Assembly: GCA_004764695.1 (NCBI GenBank)
Contig: SMSO01000037.1
Coordinates: forward strand, 4,688,747-4,752,746
From: Schizochytrium sp. TIO01
Lineage: Eukaryota > Protista > Bigyra: Labyrinthulomycetes
Length of the DNA stretch: 64,000 bases
Reading direction: 5' to 3'
Below the pieces are notes generated by a model. It ran no database searches. It was not told the DNA's origin and saw only the letters and a list, made by a program, of their open reading frames with translations. How positions within the stretch are numbered: position 1 is the first letter of the stretch; every line of letters starts with the position of its first letter. The position numbers and the translations under genes were made by a program. Below are positions 57,700-64,000 of the stretch, one piece after another.

Positions 57700-58700
57700 A
57701 ATTTGCTCATCCTGCGTCATCAAAATGCTGCTCTTTGCATGTACTGATAACATTTTATCAAATCTTAAGTATTCTCGCCCAGCATACAGATTGCTGAAAA
57801 TACTGCTCTGCATAATAATGTCTAGTGACTGAATCTCCATACACATCTTCATGCCTCACTGCTTTGCTCTCAGTATAAAATTCTTGCTTCTGGAGCTCTA
57901 ATAATTTTCGTGCAGCATAATTCTATGTCTATCATTATTGTGAGATAAATTATAACTTCTGCGTTTAGCTCATGGCAGTCTGCTTCAGAAGTACAACGAC
58001 TGGATCACATATTGGAATCACAGACCGCAAAGATTGCAAATACGCGAAGTGTTTGTTGCAAATTGTATTTGTCTTTTCCGCATCGAAATAGTTCATAACA
58101 TGGTGGCCGAGGTTAAGTCTTTATTAGATAACGAAAGTAGAGTTGCTGGCGTATTTCTTTGAAATCTACTGCCATCCTCTTGAAGCATTATAGAAAAGCC
58201 AAACTGATAGTGAAGGAACTTCTCAGATCATGAGAATAATTGGAATGAGTTCTGCCTCATTCAAGTTGTAGAGGTATTTTGTAAAGCAGCGTATGATAGG
58301 GACTTCAAATCCCTTCCTCCATTTTAGATTGCCAAGGCAGTCCTTAATTTGTTTCAATAATGATTTTCAAACCGCAAAAACCTCTCCAGCGTTCCTGCAG
58401 TTCTAACAAAGAAAACAACGTTTTCTTCATGAACATATCATTGGATTGGCCGCTTAAATGGCATTAGCTTTCATGTCGTTGTTTTGGGGAAGCATCCTAG
58501 GAGCAAAAACCGCGAATCAACGTCCTGATTGCTTGAGCATTCCCAGAAAATATCTGCAACATGCAAACAGCAAGAGAGAAGGCAATCGTTGCAAATAGCT
58601 AGTGAGTATGGATGGCTATTGACATTGTAAAGCATAGTGTAAGAACGGAGTTCACCAGCATTCGTTTCAGTGTTCTCTTTTTGCAAAGCACTTTAAACAG
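57700..58700 (-). pseudogene. Possible heavily decayed coding remnant in an AT-rich intergenic stretch
   Basis: Protein-like runs broken by stops, e.g. LLKQIKDCLGNLKWRKGFEVPIIRCFTKYLYNLNEAELIPIILMI*EVPSLSVWLFYNASRGWQ*; boundaries approximate. Confidence 0.3.
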
Positions 58701-59554
58701 TTTGAATTCTGCTTACACGATTAGAATAGGCTTTGACGATAGATATGCTCATTTCTAAATTTAAGCAATTCAGGTTTCAAAATAATATGTAAGCATTATA
58801 CTTCCTTCCACCCAGGCATATGTATTTGTAGTAGCTTTTAGATATTCTTGAAGAATTTCGATACATACAATCTTCTCTATGCGATAGATGCCTTAAGAAA
58901 ATAGCGTGCTATTGGGGGAAATGCAAACAGATCTGGTTATTAAAATCTCCAAGTGAGGGAAGAGCTCACTTTGGGTTCGGAAAAGTTTATTCCCAAACTC
59001 GAACAAAACCATGCTCGGCAACTTAACCTTCCATTCGCATTTGCTTTGACAAAACAATCAGTTTGATATTTTCTGCTTCAACTTGCGTTTGAAGACTGCC
59101 TTTACATGATTTTAGAGACGATCCTTTTTTCGCCCCTGGCATGATTTAAGCTAGTTAACGTTTCTAGCTGTTCCAAAGCATATCCTTGAATCCTTGTTGA
59201 GCATTCACACGTTATTTTGAAGTGCCAATATGTATATGCATTTACTGTAATTGTTGTTAGTGCTGTTGGAGGGGGTTGGGTTGCGACATTCCTTCCCTTC
59301 CTGTAATGTTTAAATAAGCTCGTTTCATGTATTGCTCTGTTCTAGCTGACACCCTTCTGTTGAGAACTGCACTTGAATTCCTCGACAGCTGTGAAGTAGT
59401 TAGACATTCAGAGGGTTACAAATAAAATTACCTGATCAATTTAAGCAAATTGAGTTCAAACTTAAAGATTATTTAATTTCTGTATTGTTGCTACGTTGGT
59501 AATTGCTGAATTCAATTTTTAAAGTGGAACAAGAGCTATTGAATAGCTCTTGCT

Positions 59555-62500
59555 CTAACGACCTCCGAGAGAACGCCGCCGAGGCTTGCGTTTCGCCTTC
59601 GCGTCAGTCAACGCTCGCATTACATCTGATTTTGGTCTTGTGATGACCTTCGCCTCTCCTGAAGGCGGCTTGAAGTCTGGATGTGTTCCGCGAAGGAGGT
59701 AACTCCACTGCATTTCGTCAGTGCTGATAATTAGCTTTGCCTTGACAATTTTGCCGTATTCGGTTGGCGTAAAACTCACAATAAATGTTGTCCCGTCCTC
59801 ACTATCGACAGGAGGGAGAACACCATTTGTAGGGTAAACGGAGAACTGGTAAGCAGACTCAACTGTCAGATAAGCCTCAAACGGCGCAGGTACATTGAAC
59901 TGATTTTTAAGCTGAAAAGAAACCGATGCTGTATGCTGCAACATTGCCTGCACCTCAATAACATCATCAATTGAGGGTTCTGCAGAATCAAGTCGGATCT
60001 GAAAACGCCAACGACCTCCAGACCTCTTTGAAATAAGGAGGTCAACGCTAGTTTGGAAAGGCTTGAGAGGGTGGAACGAAAATTGGAAAGGGATTACCTG
60101 GTTGGGTTGTGTAATGCGGGTCTCCAACGGTGTGAGAGATAAAGACTGAGACACAAGACCCTGGAGAGCATCTGGCACTACAAGTTCGTGAACAAAAGGT
60201 TCAGGTGTGGAAACCTTATTTAGTCCAAGAAGTGGAAGATCCAAGGTTTGGACAATTGCATCACGAGCCTTCGTAGACAGGTAAAATACCTCTGGATGTG
60301 GCGGAGCTTCTGCAAATGCCTTGATTGGGAAATCCCAGGTTGTGTCACGTTCAATTGCATGAACACGAACACGAGCAGTCTGCTCAGTCATTTCCAGTGG
60401 TGCAAAGGAGAACGGTATCATGAGATTGGCAAATGGAGCAACGGTTTGCCGAGGTCTGTTCAATAACATACGAAGGCTTTCAGATGCACCAGACTCCATT
60501 TCCACAATGACAATAAGAGGATCCGGGAAAGGATTTCTAAAAACTACGGAGGAGGTATCCGAGGAGCCAACGTGAGTGTTTATTTCTACAGTTGGCATAA
60601 CACTAGGCATAGTCCCCTCACCACGCACGTGGAACTCCCATTCTCCGAGCTTTGGACTGGTGAACTTAACTACACCTTGTTCTTCCTCACCAATACTACT
60701 AGGAAGATACTCAATCTCAATCGGGGTGTGCGCATAAGGAGCGAGTGTTGGGTTGGCAGGGCGAACACAGAAATTACGACGGTTTGACAATACAGCCCGC
60801 AGCTCAATAGCTTCTTCCGTTGGGTTTTCTAGCACTACTGTCTGACGAATGTGAGAGCCAACAGCACATTGGAACGGGTCGAGGGAGACAGGTGCAGCTG
60901 CTTGGGCTGATAAACTGAGTTGATACCATACCTCGCCAACCTGGTCGTTGACAAAGGAGACTGAGCCCTCGATATTTCCTGCAATCAGAGGTGAGTAAAT
61001 GAGTTCATAACTTGCTGTCTCTTGGGCTTCTAGAACAAAACGAGGTTCACCCAGAAGTCCATGACCCTGTAAGCTAACATCAAATTCAACTGGCTGGTCT
61101 AAAGGATTAACGAGGGTTATCTCTACTGCTGCGGCCTTGCGTACAAAACTTGTAATTTCCAATGTTCCTTCAGGAGCCGGGCTGCTGGCCCGAATTTCTA
61201 CAGTGTACCAGATATATGGTTTGCCGGGTCCAAGCGAGAAAGTAATCGAGCCGGTGTATGTTCCACCAAGCAATGGATTAACAGTAAGAATATATTCCGA
61301 AGATGCACCCTTTCCAACTGAGATTGTTGGATCGCCACCCACATGTGGAAGGTCAGATTCAACAGAAAATGTTGTCAACATATCAGACCCTTTGTTGCCA
61401 AAGTTATTACTTACTGCAAAACTTTGGAGCACCTTTTCGCGGGCCTTGCATTCAATAAGAATGTGATCCTCGGCTAAAGGCTCAAGACCTACTCCCGATA
61501 AAATGTATATCATGTCTTCATTTGTAGTTGCATTGTGAAGAACAAGTTTCCCTGAGAACTCCCCAATCCAGCTTGGCGCAAACTCTAAGATATAATCGAT
61601 TGCACCACCATCAGGCGGCACAGAAATCGATGATCCAGCCTTAAAGCATGCACTACCTTCAAGACGACCTTGGATATTCCACACTACATCTGTTGTATTT
61701 AAGATAGGGATGCCTTGCTTAATTCGCTGTCGAGCTGGTGCCATAAAATCAAGCTCTGAAGTTACAGTCGGGTTAGAAACCGTAGCTTCAAGCTCGTAAA
61801 CTCTGATCTGCTTTTTCGAGCGTAATACCATAAAGCAAGGGTAAACTCCAGCATGCTGGGGTTGGAAATCCACTGTGATTGAATTGCCGGCGCCAGATTG
61901 GTCATTCCGTTTATCTTCATTTGTTGGATCCATGAGTGTTAATGTGGGTGGGCTAGAAAAAAATGGTGACTCGAGCTCAACCTCAAAATCGATACTATCC
62001 GGATTTACAAACGATCTGCCTGAAAATGCAGCGGCTTGGCCCTCCAGAGCACCCTTTGCTTTTTCCAAAAGTTTATTTACCATGGTAATGTTCACGCGCT
62101 TGCTAAATACTGATTTAGCCTCCGTTGCAAATGATATTTTCTCTAAAGCCACAGGACGAGCTGCTTCTCCAACAATCTCATACAGAAATTCTCCAACGTT
62201 ATTATCAACGAAAACGATCTGACAGCGGTATTCGCCAGGTAAGAACGGAAGATACTGCACCGTTAGGTTAACAGTTTCTCCAGCACGTAGTTTAATTGTG
62301 GATGTTTTACATGTAAACGCTTCTGGTACTTTTTCTTGACAAGGGGTACTTGTGATTGCGGAAGCTCGTGAGCTGTCTTTGCTCATGGGACGTTTCACAG
62401 ATTTGCTATTCATGCGTTTTGTGGTGGACATACGGTTAGGACCTTGTGAGCCATCGCGAGGATTCTTGTTCTTATTCTTTTTGCCATTGAGTCTGACTTC

Positions 62501-64000
62501 ATCCTTCGTGCGTTCCTGTACAAAGTCAATATGAAATCTTGCATCTTGAGAGAATGGATTCGTCACCTGAATGTCCACATTTAGAGGCTCGTAAGTGCGT
62601 GTAGCACATTTGATCGTCCTGATAGATCGTCTGGAATGGACTTGAGACACCAGCTTGAACACCAGAGCCGAAGCCGAACCAGAAATTGAAGACCCCGCCT
62701 TCGAGGTTGCTGAAATGCCCCCACCTGTATTGCGATCAGGTTGTAAAGTTAATATCGCCTCTGCAGGTTTTGAGAAACGACTCATAAGTTCAACAGGAAC
62801 CTCAACATTCTGACCTGGTTCCAGGGTAACCTTTCGCACAGGAACGGTAAACTCAAACGAGCCGTCTAAAAGAACATCATATGAAACTACCTTTGAAGAG
62901 GGGTTTCGGAGCTCAATAGCCTTAGTCACCTTTGAACCTAAAGCACAGCTGAATTCAATTGTCGCTTTCGGTACAAACTGTGGCATATTCTGGTATAAAT
63001 ATAGAGCAAAGAGCAAGTTATCACGTGCGTTTGCAACTGATGGAAGCATGTCTTCTGGATTCCGTGTATAAGCCAAACCTAACTCTCTGAGAGCTTGCAT
63101 AGCAGCCGCCAGATTGGCCGTACACTGAGACTCATCAGTGGGTTCAAGAACAATAGAAGCCAGCGCTCGCCCAGGCAGTATCATTGAAGGCACATGAGAA
63201 GCAACAACAGTTGCAAGCACAACACCACTGCTAAGGTCGGTATCAAAATTCACAATCGGCGAGTTATGCGAGAATGAGTTTTTCTGCCCGCGCATTAGCA
63301 CGTCTGCAGCAGGAATACCACCGCCTCCACCACTTAAAATGGCATTTGTTCCAAGTTTGCAGTGAAGGTTGAGCCAATACAGAAGAATGCCTTCAGGAGC
63401 GCTGTAAATGTTGCTGTTGCTAGCAGAAAGCATTTTGATATCCTCGTTACTGACCTGGGTACATCCGGGAAGCCCTCGCAGCTGCTTAACAGTGACACGG
63501 TTGAGAACAAAAAGTTTGAGAATCTGCAAAATTACGCTACTCCAAGCATTGACGGAAACAGCCGGGAACTCTCGCTCTAGTTGATGGCGTCGCTGAAGTA
63601 AACGGGCATGGGACTGCGAGTTTGACATACTCACAGAGGACATCGCTGAAGATTGCAAAATCATGGTCATTCCTGAACTTGATGTTCCTTCCCCGCATCC
63701 AAGATCTGGATCACCTTTTGCTCGCTGCCGGATGTACTCATCGCGTGGCAGAAATTGCTCAGGGCGGATATCATGCAAAAGTGCCCCTCGGGACTTCAAA
63801 AATTTTAGCAAACCCTCATACTGTAGAAGAAGGGCTTTTGCTTCTTCTTTAGGTCCTCCTTTCAATTGATTTTGCTTAAGCCGCCCAGGTGCTGTTTTCC
63901 CGGAAAGGCTCGAGATGAGCTCGTAAACTTGACTTCCACGTGACGAAATAAGGTCTGCTGGAAAATCAGTAATTGGAACTTCTAAGTAGGTCACATTGAG
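59555..64000 (-). CDS. CFAP47: Cilia- and flagella-associated protein 47, C-terminal ~1480 aa; 5' part lies beyond the window
   Basis: CH-like segment SNIYSAPEGILLYWLNLH...VNFDTDLSSGVVLATV followed by repeated ASH/PapD-like beta domains (IELRNPSSKVVSY, ITLVNPLDQPVEF, GGRWRFQIRL, FTPTEYGK). Confidence 0.85.
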   Translation of the reverse strand, partial: LNVTYLEVPITDFPADLISSRGSQVYELISSLSGKTAPGRLKQNQLKGGPKEEAKALLLQYEGLLKFLKSRGALLHDIRPEQFLPRDEYIRQRAKGDPDLGCGEGTSSSGMTMILQSSAMSSVSMSNSQSHARLLQRRHQLEREFPAVSVNAWSSVILQILKLFVLNRVTVKQLRGLPGCTQVSNEDIKMLSASNSNIYSAPEGILLYWLNLHCKLGTNAILSGGGGGIPAADVLMRGQKNSFSHNSPIVNFDTDLSSGVVLATVVASHVPSMILPGRALASIVLEPTDESQCTANLAAAMQALRELGLAYTRNPEDMLPSVANARDNLLFALYLYQNMPQFVPKATIEFSCALGSKVTKAIELRNPSSKVVSYDVLLDGSFEFTVPVRKVTLEPGQNVEVPVELMSRFSKPAEAILTLQPDRNTGGGISATSKAGSSISGSASALVFKLVSQVHSRRSIRTIKCATRTYEPLNVDIQVTNPFSQDARFHIDFVQERTKDEVRLNGKKNKNKNPRDGSQGPNRMSTTKRMNSKSVKRPMSKDSSRASAITSTPCQEKVPEAFTCKTSTIKLRAGETVNLTVQYLPFLPGEYRCQIVFVDNNVGEFLYEIVGEAARPVALEKISFATEAKSVFSKRVNITMVNKLLEKAKGALEGQAAAFSGRSFVNPDSIDFEVELESPFFSSPPTLTLMDPTNEDKRNDQSGAGNSITVDFQPQHAGVYPCFMVLRSKKQIRVYELEATVSNPTVTSELDFMAPARQRIKQGIPILNTTDVVWNIQGRLEGSACFKAGSSISVPPDGGAIDYILEFAPSWIGEFSGKLVLHNATTNEDMIYILSGVGLEPLAEDHILIECKAREKVLQSFAVSNNFGNKGSDMLTTFSVESDLPHVGGDPTISVGKGASSEYILTVNPLLGGTYTGSITFSLGPGKPYIWYTVEIRASSPAPEGTLEITSFVRKAAAVEITLVNPLDQPVEFDVSLQGHGLLGEPRFVLEAQETASYELIYSPLIAGNIEGSVSFVNDQVGEVWYQLSLSAQAAAPVSLDPFQCAVGSHIRQTVVLENPTEEAIELRAVLSNRRNFCVRPANPTLAPYAHTPIEIEYLPSSIGEEEQGVVKFTSPKLGEWEFHVRGEGTMPSVMPTVEINTHVGSSDTSSVVFRNPFPDPLIVIVEMESGASESLRMLLNRPRQTVAPFANLMIPFSFAPLEMTEQTARVRVHAIERDTTWDFPIKAFAEAPPHPEVFYLSTKARDAIVQTLDLPLLGLNKVSTPEPFVHELVVPDALQGLVSQSLSLTPLETRITQPNQVIPFQFSFHPLKPFQTSVDLLISKRSGGRWRFQIRLDSAEPSIDDVIEVQAMLQHTASVSFQLKNQFNVPAPFEAYLTVESAYQFSVYPTNGVLPPVDSEDGTTFIVSFTPTEYGKIVKAKLIISTDEMQWSYLLRGTHPDFKPPSGEAKVITRPKSDVMRALTDAKAKRKPRRRSLGGR

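Overview
Eukaryotic, essentially intron-free genomic DNA from a flagellated protist. Uninterrupted multi-kb ORFs, cilia genes CFAP58 and CFAP47 and a SAR-type DIX protein suggest a stramenopile, probably a thraustochytrid or labyrinthulomycete (inference). Recognisable genes are a type II membrane protein with an Ig domain, a CYB5R4-like flavohemoprotein, a DIX-domain protein, a Nudix hydrolase, RGP1, a two-cNMP-domain protein, a ~3000-aa multi-GAF coiled-coil protein, an ABCA transporter, an ABHD1/2/3-like hydrolase, CFAP58, a MATE transporter and the 3' part of CFAP47. Three genes are broken by small frameshifts, mostly at homopolymers and probably assembly errors; one sits on a UUU_CGN +1 frameshift motif. 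The most striking feature is the ~9.7-19.4 kb region. It holds four co-oriented small basic ORFs in two subfamilies. All end in basic patch-W-x-x-A-[FL]...F-(A)(G)GPA[IL]-stop, conserved through synonymous changes. The surrounding microsatellite-rich DNA carries about 14 copies of (T)AGGGTGGC. I cannot assign this family; it is the best candidate for an undescribed, co-regulated system.
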